Assembly: GCA_964549615.1 (NCBI GenBank)
Contig: CAZJVP010000018.1
Location: forward strand, 1 to 64,000
Source: an uncultured Thermococci archaeon
Lineage (GTDB): Archaea > CAYQAE01 > CAYVLA01
DNA: 64,000 bases
Direction of reading: 5' to 3'
The translations under genes were made by a program, and so were the position numbers. This document shows positions 20,892 to 31,211 of this stretch, piece by piece (the first letter of the stretch is position 1; the number at the start of each line of letters is the position of its first letter). The notes below the pieces were generated by a model that was given only the letters and a program-made list of their open reading frames with translations, did not search any database and was not told the origin of the DNA.

Positions 20892-22742
20892 CTAGCCCTT
20901 CTTCCTCCACCTGAAACCCAGCGTGCCCATGACTAGAGTCACACCGCCGTAGGCTCCAACCGAGATAAGGTTCCCCAAGGCCTCGCCGAGCGTCGCGTCC
21001 TTTATCATGCCAGCCTTGAGAAGGTCTGCGACGTAGGTGATCGGCACGTACCTCGATGCCTGCCTCACTATGGAGGGGCTGAGTTCGAAGGGGTAGAAAA
21101 TGCCCGAGATGATCAGCATGATGAAACACAGGCCGAATGACGCCGTCAGGGCCTCAAGTTCGGTCTTGCTCACGGATGAGACCAACAGTCCGAGTCCAAC
21201 GAAGCCAACCGAGGCGTATAGCCCAAAGAAGAAGGTCTTTGGCACGTTGACGATGTATATGTCGAATAGCAGCACGGCGCAGGCCGTCAGGATGATTATC
21301 TGCACGGCCGCGATTCCCAGGCAGACGAGGCACTTCCCCCCGACGTAGGTCCACCTGCCCACGTTGCAGACGAAGATCCTGCGGAGGATGCCCTTCTCCC
21401 TGTCCCTGACGACGCTCAGCACGGTGTAGACCAGGACCGAGAAGAGTATCCCGAAGGCGAAGATGCCGGGGGAGATGTAGTCGACATACCTCTTCCTCTC
21501 GGATCCGAAGTAGAGGGGCATCTCGGTGAGGTAGAGAGGGGATGTCAGGAACGCTTTTTCCATTTCGCCCACTCTCTCCAGCAGACTCTTTCCCTCTCTG
21601 CCGAGCTCGGCCAAGTCGACGGATTCAAGCCGCATCCGGACGGCCTCGACGCGTCGACTCATGTTGACGATTTCCAACTGTCGTGAGATGACCACATCCA
21701 TCAGGCTTGACGCGCTGCTCAGGACCGTCTCGGCGATCGATCCGATCTCCTCGGGGGTCTTGTCCGGGCTTTCGCTGGAGAGCGTCTGGATGAGCCTATC
21801 TCTTAGGAGGGGGAGCGCTAGCTTGATGATGGCGGCTTGCTCCGGCGTGATCTCCGAGAGGTTGGACGTGAAGCCAGACAGATCCGCGGCCATTTGCAGG
21901 GGCAGCCCCCCTACGTCGCCAAGGTGAGGATATGCGTACCTGAGGAAGTGGTAGCATGAATCAAGCAGCGGCTTTGAATCGGAGAGCCCTCTCAACGTGC
22001 CAACGACGGCGGATTGGTTTATCATCGAGACGAGCATTTTCTGCGCAGGCGTTCCGTTCGCCATGATCTCCCGCAGGCCGGTCTCAGTTGCGGCAACCAT
22101 CGAGCTTATCGCGTCGTCATCGACAGACTCGATCTTGGCCAACAGATCTAGCGCGTCTCGGGTCTCCTGCCCGGATCGACCCTGCTCGAGCATGGCCTCG
22201 ATGCTCGTCAGAGCCTCCACGAGGCGGGGGATGATTCCCTCCTTCAGGCTCTTTACGTACGTCCAAGCTAGCTCGTCCACAACCTCTTCCTTAGCCTGGA
22301 GCATCGTCACCTCTATCGCTGCGGTCAGGAGCGGTCTCGTCTCGTCCGCATGGATCCGAATCCAGCTTCGTTTGAATTCCCTCATCTTCTCGGTTATCCA
22401 GGGGTCGACCTCGATGATGGAGTCGATCTTCTCGGCGACCAGATCCTTTCTGGCGTCCTCAACCGTTTCGTAGACGATGGCCGTCGCGTTCTGCTGCTCG
22501 ATCCCATCCACGATCATCTGGGCATAGGTCGAGTTGCGATGCTTCACCACCCCGATCACAAGCTCCCTCTTCTCGAACTGCTGGTAGCCTAGGCTGAATG
22601 TGACGCCGACCACGATGACCACGATGACCGGTAACACTATGGTCAGCAGGATGGTTCGCCTCTCGCGCGCTATCTTCCTCGCGTCTGTCAGGGCGATCCA
22701 GATGGGCTTTCGACCAGCTGACAACGTCCTAGGCCCCCTCAT
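20892..22742 (-). CDS. ABC-2 type exporter permease with large extracytoplasmic helical insert
   Basis: N-terminal TM, long soluble region, YVDYISPGI, DREKGILRRI, SGIFYPFE and about five C-terminal TMs. Confidence 0.85.
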   Translation of the reverse strand: MRGPRTLSAGRKPIWIALTDARKIARERRTILLTIVLPVIVVIVVGVTFSLGYQQFEKRELVIGVVKHRNSTYAQMIVDGIEQQNATAIVYETVEDARKDLVAEKIDSIIEVDPWITEKMREFKRSWIRIHADETRPLLTAAIEVTMLQAKEEVVDELAWTYVKSLKEGIIPRLVEALTSIEAMLEQGRSGQETRDALDLLAKIESVDDDAISSMVAATETGLREIMANGTPAQKMLVSMINQSAVVGTLRGLSDSKPLLDSCYHFLRYAYPHLGDVGGLPLQMAADLSGFTSNLSEITPEQAAIIKLALPLLRDRLIQTLSSESPDKTPEEIGSIAETVLSSASSLMDVVISRQLEIVNMSRRVEAVRMRLESVDLAELGREGKSLLERVGEMEKAFLTSPLYLTEMPLYFGSERKRYVDYISPGIFAFGILFSVLVYTVLSVVRDREKGILRRIFVCNVGRWTYVGGKCLVCLGIAAVQIIILTACAVLLFDIYIVNVPKTFFFGLYASVGFVGLGLLVSSVSKTELEALTASFGLCFIMLIISGIFYPFELSPSIVRQASRYVPITYVADLLKAGMIKDATLGEALGNLISVGAYGGVTLVMGTLGFRWRKKG

Positions 22743-23667
22743 CTTCTGTCAGGACGTCGAACACCTCGTCGGGCGGTACCTCGAATGAGATCGACGATGC
22801 TTGGATTCCCTTTGCTTCCAAGAGCCCGACGAGGCTGAAGGCCTCCGACCGAGAATCCACTTCGATCTGCACGCCGCCCAGCGTTGGCAGGATCTTTCTC
22901 GGAGATACGAGAGCCGTCAACCTGCCCTCATCCACTTTCGGAATGCCCCTGACGATGAGCCGTGCTCTGCAGGCAGAGCTGATCGCGCCCCACGTTCCCT
23001 GGGAAACAACCCTTCCCCGATGAAGGACGGCCAGACGGTCGCACAGGCGGCTGGCGTCCAAGAGGTCGTGGGTCGTCAGAAGGCAGGTGAGGCCCTGCTC
23101 GCGGTTCATCTTAAGGATTAGCTTCTCGACATCCCTCTTCGTCCTCGGGTCGAAGCCCGCCGTGACCTCGTCGACCATGATCAGTTGCGGCGAATGGACT
23201 ATGGAGCACGCGAAGTGGACCTTCTTCTTCATCCCGACCGAATACGTTTCGACGGGATCGTCCTTGCGCTCAAGCAGCCCCATGAAACGTATCAGGCGGT
23301 CAACCTGTTCGCCCAGGGTGCCCGATGGGACATCCAGAAGCCTACCGAAGTACCTCAAGTTCTCCTCGGCGCTGAGCCTTTCCTCCACACTCGTTTCCTG
23401 CGGTATGACACCGATGATCCTCCGAAGCCTCGCCGCTTGGCGTATCGGGTCCAGGCCCAGTACCCTGATCCTCCCCGACGACGGCTTCACCATCCCCGAC
23501 AGCACGTCGATGAGTGTGGACTTGCCCGCTCCGTTCGTGCCGACAATGCCGAAGATCTCGCCCTTCTTGATCTCAAGGTTGATGTTGCTCAGGGCCTGAA
23601 CCTTGCCGAAATTGACGGTGAGATCGACCACGCTTACTGCCGCTTCGGATTCCTGAGCTTCCGCCAT
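22729..23667 (-). CDS. ABC transporter ATP-binding protein (DrrA-like)
   Basis: GTNGAGKST, YSVGMKKK signature, VDEVTAGFD, TTH; start at ATG23667. Confidence 0.92.
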   Translation of the reverse strand: MAEAQESEAAVSVVDLTVNFGKVQALSNINLEIKKGEIFGIVGTNGAGKSTLIDVLSGMVKPSSGRIRVLGLDPIRQAARLRRIIGVIPQETSVEERLSAEENLRYFGRLLDVPSGTLGEQVDRLIRFMGLLERKDDPVETYSVGMKKKVHFACSIVHSPQLIMVDEVTAGFDPRTKRDVEKLILKMNREQGLTCLLTTHDLLDASRLCDRLAVLHRGRVVSQGTWGAISSACRARLIVRGIPKVDEGRLTALVSPRKILPTLGGVQIEVDSRSEAFSLVGLLEAKGIQASSISFEVPPDEVFDVLTEDEGA

Positions 23668-23737
23668 CCGGGGTGCGGCTGGGAATGCCCGTCGATTAAT
23701 AGGTTTTGGCCAGCCTAGCGACCCTTGGCTTCCCGAC

Positions 23738-23752
23738 GAAAGACAATTTAAC
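23738..23752 (+). promoter_or_regulatory. Putative BRE/TATA promoter of the mtd-ftr-hdr-fwd operon
   Basis: GAAAGACAATTTAAC about 30 nt before ATG23782; GGTGA RBS at 23771-23775. Confidence 0.5.
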
Positions 23753-23781
23753 AAGGCGTCGGTTTAATCGGGTGATCTCCC

Positions 23782-24618
23782 ATGGTTCATGTAGTCATCA
23801 TGAAGTGCGGCAACATCGCAACGTCCACCATGGTCGACCTTCTCCTGGACGAGATAGCCGCAAGAGATGATCTTCAAGTGACCGTGGTCGGTTCCGGCCC
23901 AAAGATGACTCCCGCCGAAACTACGCGGATAGCTGGGTACATCCCATCCACAAACCCCGACATCCTCGTGGTGTGCGGTCCAAATGCTGCCTCGCCGGGC
24001 ATGACGAGGCTTCGGGAGGCGCTCGCCGATGTCAAAGCGCCGAAGATAGTGATAGGAGATGGCCCTAGCAAGAAGGTGAAGGACAAGCTGGAACAGGAGG
24101 GTTTTGGATATCTGATAATGGAGGCGGATCCTCTCATCGGGGCAAGGCGCGAGTTCCTAGATCCGACCGAAATGGCGATCTTCAACGCGGATGTGATTAG
24201 GGTCTTGGCCACGGTGGGCAGCTTGAGAACCGTGCAGGAGGAACTGGACAAGGCCATACAGTCAGTGAAGAATGGAAAGGTGTATCTTCCCCGGTTGGTG
24301 GTATCCGAGTCCCGTTCCCTGGCAAAGGCCGGTTTTTCCAATCCCTATGCGAGGGCAAAGGCAGCGGTTGCCTTCCGACTTGCCGATCTTGCAGCCCAGG
24401 TCAACTATAACGCCTGCTTCGTCGAGAAGGACGTCAAGAAGTACATCAGGCTCGCGGCGGCAGCACATGAAGCAGTGAGGACGGCTGCCCAATTGGCGGA
24501 CGAGGCCCGCGAGATCGAGAAGGCATCGGACAAGGTCCTGAGAACCCCCCACTCTAGGAAGGGCAGGATTCTTCGGAAAAGGGCTTTGCTGGCCAAACCC
24601 CAGGAGGCGGTCCAGTGA
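23782..24618 (+). CDS. mtd: F420-dependent methylene-H4MPT dehydrogenase
   Basis: KCGNIATS, DEIAARDD, GSGPKM, DPLIGARREFLDPTEMA, FSNPYARAKA, RTPH. Confidence 0.95.
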   Translation: MVHVVIMKCGNIATSTMVDLLLDEIAARDDLQVTVVGSGPKMTPAETTRIAGYIPSTNPDILVVCGPNAASPGMTRLREALADVKAPKIVIGDGPSKKVKDKLEQEGFGYLIMEADPLIGARREFLDPTEMAIFNADVIRVLATVGSLRTVQEELDKAIQSVKNGKVYLPRLVVSESRSLAKAGFSNPYARAKAAVAFRLADLAAQVNYNACFVEKDVKKYIRLAAAAHEAVRTAAQLADEAREIEKASDKVLRTPHSRKGRILRKRALLAKPQEAVQ

Positions 24619-25517
24619 ACGGGGAAACAGTTGAGGACACGTTTGCGGAAGCCTTTCGGTCGTACTACTCCCGCGTGTTGATCACCGGCTCAACATCCGA
24701 GCTGGCTAGGACCGCCGCGGTCACCTCAACAGGATTCGCCACGTCGGCACTAGGATGCGGCGTTGAGGCTGGTATCGAGACTGAGCTTCCGGAGAAACAA
24801 GCGCCGGATGGCAGGCCCGGCATCATCTGCCAGTACCACATCTGGAGCAGGGACCCCAAGAAGATGTATGGAGTCCTGCTCGCTAGGATCGGGCACTGCG
24901 TTCTGACCGCCCCGAGTACCGCGGTTTTTGATGCTACGGCAAACCCCTTGGCCAAGATCGATCTGGGTGTGAAGCTCGGGTTCTTCGGCGATGGCTACGA
25001 GGAAGAAGGAGAGATCGGGGGCAGAAAGGTCATCATCATACCCATCATGGGGGGAGAGTTCAAGATCGAGAGAGAGGTGGGAATGAGCAAGGGCATCTCA
25101 GGGGGAAACCTGTGGTTCATGGGGTCCTCCCAGTCTGCTGCAATCGAGGCGGCACGGTCAGCCACAGCGGCAATAAGCGGAGTAAAGGGCGTCATCACCC
25201 CCTTCCCGGGCGGGGTCTGCAGCTCCGGATCCAAGGTGGGAGCCGAGAGGTACAAGTTCCTAGCCAACTCAACCAATCATCCCTATTGCCCAACGCTGAG
25301 GGGCAAGATCCGGGATTCCAAGGTTCCGAAGGGCGTGGAGTCCATTATGGAAGTAGTCATCAACGGAACCAGCCTCAAGTCTGTCCAAAGAGCAATGAAG
25401 GTGGGCATCGATGCAGCCCTTGGGACGAAGGGGCTCATCAGGATCTCCGCAGGGAACTTCGGCGGAAAACTTGGGCGGTTCAAGATCCATTTAAGAGACT
25501 TGCAGGATGCGCCGTGA
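24615..25517 (+). CDS. ftr: Formylmethanofuran:H4MPT formyltransferase
   Basis: EDTFAEAF, PDGRPG, FFGDG, PFPGG..SSGSK, ISAGNFGGKLG. Confidence 0.96.
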   Translation: MNGETVEDTFAEAFRSYYSRVLITGSTSELARTAAVTSTGFATSALGCGVEAGIETELPEKQAPDGRPGIICQYHIWSRDPKKMYGVLLARIGHCVLTAPSTAVFDATANPLAKIDLGVKLGFFGDGYEEEGEIGGRKVIIIPIMGGEFKIEREVGMSKGISGGNLWFMGSSQSAAIEAARSATAAISGVKGVITPFPGGVCSSGSKVGAERYKFLANSTNHPYCPTLRGKIRDSKVPKGVESIMEVVINGTSLKSVQRAMKVGIDAALGTKGLIRISAGNFGGKLGRFKIHLRDLQDAP

Positions 25518-25553
25518 CCATCGCCCCCGCAAACCCTTGAACGAGGCAAGCCA

Positions 25554-27002
25554 ATGCAGCACAGGCAAGAGCTCGAGAAGGTCCTCGATATCGACAAACT
25601 GAAGTACTGCTACGAATGCGGCATCTGCACATCCAGCTGCCCGGTCGCAGAGTTGATGCCAAGAGTGTACAATCCACGAAGCCTGCTCCAACAGATCCCA
25701 CTCGATTTCCAGCAGGCCACGAAGAGCAAGGAGATCTGGCTTTGCGCATGGTGCTACCGGTGCTACAGGAGGTGTCCGCAAGGGCTTAGAGTTCCGGATA
25801 TTCTCTTGCTGCTCAAGGACACTGCAGCCCAGAGCGGATCCCTTGAAGGATTCAAAGAGGCATTGGAGGTGATCCTCAGAGAGGTCCCTTTGCCCTTGGC
25901 CTGCCTATACGCTTGCTTCAACCCTGCGCGAGGCAACGTGGAGAAGCCGGGGACAATCGAGGCCGTGAGGCACCTGGTGGCCAACTACCGGCACCTGACA
26001 AGAGGGGAGAAAGCCGACATCGCCAGCCCCCGAAAGGAGAGGATAGCCATAGTGGGATCGGGTCCGGCCGGCCTGACCGCCGCCCAGGAGCTCGCGAAGA
26101 AGGGATACTTGGTCACCGTGTTCGAATCGATGCCCAGACCTGGCGGCATGTTGGGTTGGTGCATACCGGCATATAGGTTGCCAAGAGAGGCCGTCGAGGC
26201 TGAGATCCAACGGATAAGGGACCTCGGGGTCGACTTCCGAACCAATGTGACGGTCGGCAAAGACCTGTCCATCGACGACATCTTGAAGGAAGGCTACGAT
26301 GCCTTGTTCATCGCCATAGGAGCCCAGAAGGTGAGAAAGCTCGGCATTGAGGGCGAGAACCTCCGCGGGGTCCTTGATGCCCTTGACTTCCTGAGGAAGG
26401 CAGGCACAGGAGAGAAGATCGAACTCGGAAACAAGGTTGCGGTGGTTGGTGGCGGAGATGTGGCGATGGATGCAGCCAGGATCGCTAGGGTTGCCCTCCA
26501 TCTTGGAGCAAAGGATGTCACGATACTGTACAGGAGGTCGAGAGACGAGATGCCGGCAAACCCCTGGGAGGTCAAGGAAACCGAGGATGAGGGCGTCAGG
26601 ATCGAGTTCCTGGTTGCGCCCAAGAGGATCCTGGGCAAGGATGGACGCGTTGCGGCCTTGGAGTGCGTTCGCATGAAGCTGGGAAGGCCCGACCAAACCG
26701 GCAGGAGAAGGCCAATACCGATCCAAGGATCTGAGTTCATGATGGAGGTCGACAGCGTGATACCGGCGATAGGCGAAAGCCCAAGCCTCTTTCCGCTCCC
26801 AAAGGGGGTCAGGATCACGAAAAGAAACACCATCGCGGCCGATCCTTTCACCCTCCAGACCGGCGTTCCTGGAATATTTGCCGGAGGCGATGTTGTACGC
26901 GGGCCGTCGACGGTGATCGAGGCCGTGGTGGACGGAAAGAGGGCCGCAGAATCGATTCACCGATACCTGCTAGACAGATCCAAGACGGGCCAAGGTGGTT
27001 GA
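25554..27002 (+). CDS. Fusion of HdrC-type 2x[4Fe-4S] domain to GltD/NfnB/SudA-like FAD-NAD(P)H oxidoreductase
   Basis: CYECGICTSSCP..NPR..IWLCAWCYRCYRRCPQG (HdrC pattern), then IVGSGPAG, GGML..IPAYRLP, GGGDVAMD, YRRS, FAGGD. Confidence 0.88.
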   Translation: MQHRQELEKVLDIDKLKYCYECGICTSSCPVAELMPRVYNPRSLLQQIPLDFQQATKSKEIWLCAWCYRCYRRCPQGLRVPDILLLLKDTAAQSGSLEGFKEALEVILREVPLPLACLYACFNPARGNVEKPGTIEAVRHLVANYRHLTRGEKADIASPRKERIAIVGSGPAGLTAAQELAKKGYLVTVFESMPRPGGMLGWCIPAYRLPREAVEAEIQRIRDLGVDFRTNVTVGKDLSIDDILKEGYDALFIAIGAQKVRKLGIEGENLRGVLDALDFLRKAGTGEKIELGNKVAVVGGGDVAMDAARIARVALHLGAKDVTILYRRSRDEMPANPWEVKETEDEGVRIEFLVAPKRILGKDGRVAALECVRMKLGRPDQTGRRRPIPIQGSEFMMEVDSVIPAIGESPSLFPLPKGVRITKRNTIAADPFTLQTGVPGIFAGGDVVRGPSTVIEAVVDGKRAAESIHRYLLDRSKTGQGG

Positions 27003-29454
27003 GATGCCGGAAGCGGAAGCCATCGGAAAGACGATCACGGAAACCGCCCTGCCTGTCCGAGACGATGAGATTAGAGTAGGCGTCTATGTCTGCCATTGTG
27101 GACTGAATATCGCGGGCTCCGTTGACTGCGAGGAAGTGGCAAGATTCGCCGGGGGCCTTCCGGATGTCGTCGTTTCAAGGAGTAGCCGTTACACCTGCTC
27201 GGACCAGGGACAGGAACTGATCAAGAGCGACATCAAGGAACACAAGCTGAACCGCGTTGTGGTTGCGTCCTGCACACCTCGTCTCCACGAACCCACCTTC
27301 AGAAAGGCGTGTGAGGAAGCCGGATTGAACAAGTATCTCTTTGAGATGGCAAACATCAGAGAGCACTGCAGCTGGATACATCTCTACGAGAAGGAAAAGG
27401 CCACTGAGAAGGCCAAGGACCTTGTCAGGATGGCCGTGGCCAAGGCCCGATTTCTGCAACCACAGGTTGAGCTTGAAGTCCCGGTCACAAGGCGGACACT
27501 CGTTGTGGGCGGGGGAGTCGCAGGCATCCAGGCGGCCCTAGATCTCGCAGATGCTGGTTACCAGGTGTACCTCGTGGAGAAGAACCCGAGCATCGGCGGC
27601 AGGATGGCGCAGATAGACAAGACCTTCCCGACCATGGACTGTTCCATCTGCATCCTCGCGCCCAAGATGTCGGAAGCGGGAAGGCATCCAAACATCGAGT
27701 TGATGACGAATAGCGAGGTCATTGAGGTAAGTGGTTACATCGGCAATTTCAAGGTAAAGGTATTGAAGAAGCCAAGATACGTGGTGAAATGTAACAGCTG
27801 TGGTGAGTGCGCCAACGTATGTCCCGTCCAGGTCCCAAACGAGTTCGACGCAAACTTCGCCCCAAGAAAGGCCATCTACATCCCCTTTGCACAAGCGGTC
27901 CCGTCCACGTACATAGTGGACATGGATCACTGCATAAGGTGTTACGAGTGCATCAAGGCCTGCAAGGTCGCCGGTGCGGGGGCCATCGACTTCAATCAGA
28001 AGCCCGAAGTGGAGGAACGTGAGGTCGGCACGATCATCGTGGCAACGGGCGCGGATGTGTACGATCCCAGTTCGCTCACCGAGTATGGGTACGGGAGATA
28101 CGCAAACGTGATAACGTCGCTTGAGTTCGAACGCCTGATAAATGCCGGGGGCCCATCGGGCGGCCGGCTGATCCGGCCCAGCGATGGCAAGATCCCGGAG
28201 TCGGTGGCCTTCATCCAGTGTATTGGTTCGCGATCGGACAGGAGTGGTCACCTGTACTGTAGCAACGTCTGCTGTATGAACACGATCAAGGATGCCTTGC
28301 TCATAAAGGAGCACTGGCCGGAAACGAAGATCTACGTCTTCTATCTCGACATAAGGGCCTTCGGCAAAGGGTTCGAGGACCTGTTCAAGAGGGCAAAGAA
28401 GGAGGGCGTCATTTTCATCCGCGGCCTGCCGGCCGAGATCTACGAGAACGGAAGGAAGAACCTGATTCTCACCGGCGAGAACACTTTGAGGGGGGAGATC
28501 TATAACATCGAGGTCGGACTAGTAACACTTTCGGTCGGGCTTAGGCCCGGACAGGACGCGGATATCGTCCAACGGCTCTTCAACCTATCCAGGACCCCGG
28601 ATGGCTTCTTCATGGAGGCGCATCCGAAGCTTCGTCCAGTGGATGCTCCAACGGGAGGCATATTCTTCGCGGGGTGCGCGGAATCCCCAAAGGACATCAA
28701 GGACTCCGTGACCCAAGCCAGCGCGGCGGCGGCGAGGGCAAACATCCTCATGGCTAAGGGAAGCGTGACGGTCGAAGCAATAACGCCCACTCTGATTCGG
28801 GAGAACTGCAAGGCCTGTGGGCTTTGCGCCAAAGTCTGCCCCTACAACGCCATTCGCGTCGACAAGGAGACGAAAACGACGGAGGTGATCGACGCGGCCT
28901 GCGCGGGATGCGGAACCTGCGGCGCAGAGTGCCCCTCGGGTGCGTTGGTCATGCGCCATTTCACGGACCAACAGATCATGGCCCAGATCGACGCAGCGAC
29001 GGAAGATGACGCTGGAAAGAAGGTCATTGCCTTCTGCTGCAACTGGTGCTCATATGCAGCAGCGGATTTTGCTGGAGTCAGCAGGATGCAGCAACCCACT
29101 CTTGCCCGCGTGATCCGGACCATGTGCTCGGGAAGGGTGACAAGCAAGTTCATCGAACGGGCTTTTTCTAGAGGCGCAGGTGCTGTCCTGGTTTCCGGTT
29201 GCCACCCGGGTGACTGTCACTACATCAATGCCAACTACCAGACCCAGAAGCGAGTCGAGAGATTCTGGAAGACGATGGAAAAGAAAGGATTGGATAGGAG
29301 GCGGCTCCAGCTAGCCTGGTTCAGCGCTGCGGAGGGCGAGGCCTTTGCAAGGAAAATCAAGGAAATGCAGGAGATCGTGGAGAGCCTGACTCCCGACGAG
29401 ATCGAGAGATCGAAGGCGGTCTGGAAGACGGCTGTCGAGGCTGAGTCATCTTGA
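26995..29454 (+). CDS. hdrA: Heterodisulfide reductase subunit A fused to MvhD [2Fe-2S] domain
   Basis: GVYVCHCG, NIREHCSW, GGGVAG, KTFPTMDCSIC, EFERL, QCIGSR, CSNVCCM..IK, two ferredoxin inserts; C-terminal FCCNWCSY, MCSGR, GCHPGDCHY (MvhD). Confidence 0.95.
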   Translation: MVEMPEAEAIGKTITETALPVRDDEIRVGVYVCHCGLNIAGSVDCEEVARFAGGLPDVVVSRSSRYTCSDQGQELIKSDIKEHKLNRVVVASCTPRLHEPTFRKACEEAGLNKYLFEMANIREHCSWIHLYEKEKATEKAKDLVRMAVAKARFLQPQVELEVPVTRRTLVVGGGVAGIQAALDLADAGYQVYLVEKNPSIGGRMAQIDKTFPTMDCSICILAPKMSEAGRHPNIELMTNSEVIEVSGYIGNFKVKVLKKPRYVVKCNSCGECANVCPVQVPNEFDANFAPRKAIYIPFAQAVPSTYIVDMDHCIRCYECIKACKVAGAGAIDFNQKPEVEEREVGTIIVATGADVYDPSSLTEYGYGRYANVITSLEFERLINAGGPSGGRLIRPSDGKIPESVAFIQCIGSRSDRSGHLYCSNVCCMNTIKDALLIKEHWPETKIYVFYLDIRAFGKGFEDLFKRAKKEGVIFIRGLPAEIYENGRKNLILTGENTLRGEIYNIEVGLVTLSVGLRPGQDADIVQRLFNLSRTPDGFFMEAHPKLRPVDAPTGGIFFAGCAESPKDIKDSVTQASAAAARANILMAKGSVTVEAITPTLIRENCKACGLCAKVCPYNAIRVDKETKTTEVIDAACAGCGTCGAECPSGALVMRHFTDQQIMAQIDAATEDDAGKKVIAFCCNWCSYAAADFAGVSRMQQPTLARVIRTMCSGRVTSKFIERAFSRGAGAVLVSGCHPGDCHYINANYQTQKRVERFWKTMEKKGLDRRRLQLAWFSAAEGEAFARKIKEMQEIVESLTPDEIERSKAVWKTAVEAESS

Positions 29455-31211
29455 AGTGCATCCTGAACACCGGCAGGACATTGGAACAGGGCGTGGCATT
29501 GGAGGCTGGCAAGACATCGCAGCAGTACTATGAGGCTACCGCTCTGGCCTACGTCAACGATGACGACATGGAGGATCTGGGGTTGGAAGAGAATATGCCA
29601 ATGGAGATCTCCACGGAGTCTGGGTCGGTTGTCGTAAGATGCAGGAAGGGCTGGATAGACCGGGGCCAGATCTTCATGCCCTGGGGCCCCTGGGCCAACG
29701 CGATCGTGGGTTCCGACACATCGGGGACTGGCATGCCAAGATATAAGGGCGTTGAGGTGGAGGTCAGCCCAACCAACAAGCCGATTACAACGCTCCACGA
29801 TCTCTTCGTTGAGAAGGACAGGATGGTCAGAGCCGTCAGCGAGATTCCGAGATACTCCCCAAGCGCAACTACCCAGCTCGAGTCCAAGGGGCAGGGCGAG
29901 AGTGTTCAAACCACAATCAGCAACGTGGTCTGTCCTTTCTGTGGCTGCCTGTGTGATGATGTGGAGATCGTGACTGAGAGGGGAAGAATAGTAGATGCGG
30001 TAGTGGGTTGTGAGCTTTCCAAGAGCAGGTTCCTGAATTGGGACAAAGATCGAGTCAAACCGGCGATCAGGAAGGATGGGAAACTTGTCGAAGTGACCCT
30101 TGACAAGGCTATAGAAAAGGCGGCCGAGATTCTCAGAAAGGCCGACTACCCTCTGATCTACGGCCTGAGTTCAACGGAAGTGGACGCTCAGAGGGCAGCC
30201 ATCAACCTTGCTGAGATGATCGGTGCAACAATCGATAACACAACCTCGGTATGCCACGGTCCAACCACGCTTGCTGCCCAAGATTGCGGTGTGCCGGAGA
30301 TGACATTGGGGGAAGTGAGAAACAGAGCCGACTTAGTCATCTACTGGGGATGCAATCCCGCGGAGGCACACATCCGACACGTAACGCGGTACGCCACGAC
30401 TCCGAAGGGCATGTTCATCAAAGGCGGAAGAAAAGACCGATTCGTGATCCACGTGGACGTTAGGGAAACGAAGACCGCGAAGGCTGACCCCAGGTGGCAC
30501 TTCGTCTACCAACTCGCCAACATGTTCGTGAAAGTTAGACCCGGCCAGGACTACGAGCTGTTCTCGGCCCTAAGGGCCAGGTTAAGGGGACATGAGGTGG
30601 GTGAAGTTGCCGGGGTGCCCGCAAGCACTATCGACGACCTCGTCAACCGAATGAAGACGTGCAAGTTCGGAGTCATATTCTTTGGTCTGGGTCTCACAAT
30701 GTCGAGCGGCCGGCACATGAACATCGATGCAGTCCTGCGACTGGTCAGAGACCTGAATGACCACACCAAGTTCACGATCCTCCCGATGAGGGGCCACCAC
30801 AACGTAGCGGGGATCAACCATGTGATGCTGTGGACCACGGGATACCCCTATGCCGTCAACTTCTCGCGAGGCTATCCCATCTACAACCCGGGCGAGTTCT
30901 CGGCCGTGGACGTGCTTGCCCGAGGGGAATGCGATGCAGCCTTGATAGTCGCATCCGACCCGGTCGCTCACTTCCCGGTCCAGGCCGTCAAGCATCTTGC
31001 TGGAATCCCAACGATCGTAGTCGACCCGAAGATGAGCATGACCTCGCTGATGGCCGAGGTTCTGATCCCATCCGCGATAGCAGGAATCGAGTGCGACGGA
31101 ACCGCCTATCGAATGGATGGCGTGCCCATCAGGCTCAGGAAGGTCGTCGATTCAGCATTCGAGCCAGACAAGCTGATCTTGGATAGGATCATCGAGAGGG
31201 TCCGGAGTTGA
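29451..31211 (+). CDS. fwdB: Formylmethanofuran dehydrogenase subunit D-B fusion (Mo/W-bisPGD)
   Basis: N-terminal LNTGRT..QG...PWGPWAN..GTGMP.YKG (FwdD); then CPFCGCLCDD, SVCHGP (Cys, not Sec), WGCNP, MRGHHN, GTAYRMDGV (FwdB). Confidence 0.95.
   Translation: MKCILNTGRTLEQGVALEAGKTSQQYYEATALAYVNDDDMEDLGLEENMPMEISTESGSVVVRCRKGWIDRGQIFMPWGPWANAIVGSDTSGTGMPRYKGVEVEVSPTNKPITTLHDLFVEKDRMVRAVSEIPRYSPSATTQLESKGQGESVQTTISNVVCPFCGCLCDDVEIVTERGRIVDAVVGCELSKSRFLNWDKDRVKPAIRKDGKLVEVTLDKAIEKAAEILRKADYPLIYGLSSTEVDAQRAAINLAEMIGATIDNTTSVCHGPTTLAAQDCGVPEMTLGEVRNRADLVIYWGCNPAEAHIRHVTRYATTPKGMFIKGGRKDRFVIHVDVRETKTAKADPRWHFVYQLANMFVKVRPGQDYELFSALRARLRGHEVGEVAGVPASTIDDLVNRMKTCKFGVIFFGLGLTMSSGRHMNIDAVLRLVRDLNDHTKFTILPMRGHHNVAGINHVMLWTTGYPYAVNFSRGYPIYNPGEFSAVDVLARGECDAALIVASDPVAHFPVQAVKHLAGIPTIVVDPKMSMTSLMAEVLIPSAIAGIECDGTAYRMDGVPIRLRKVVDSAFEPDKLILDRIIERVRS

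Noticed and set aside
25905-26960. 351-aa minus-strand ORF
   Set aside because: Antisense to the well-supported HdrC-GltD gene; an artefact of GC-rich codon usage.
26995-31211. Selenocysteine recoding in HdrA, MvhD or FwdB
   Set aside because: All relevant positions are Cys codons and there is no in-frame TGA.
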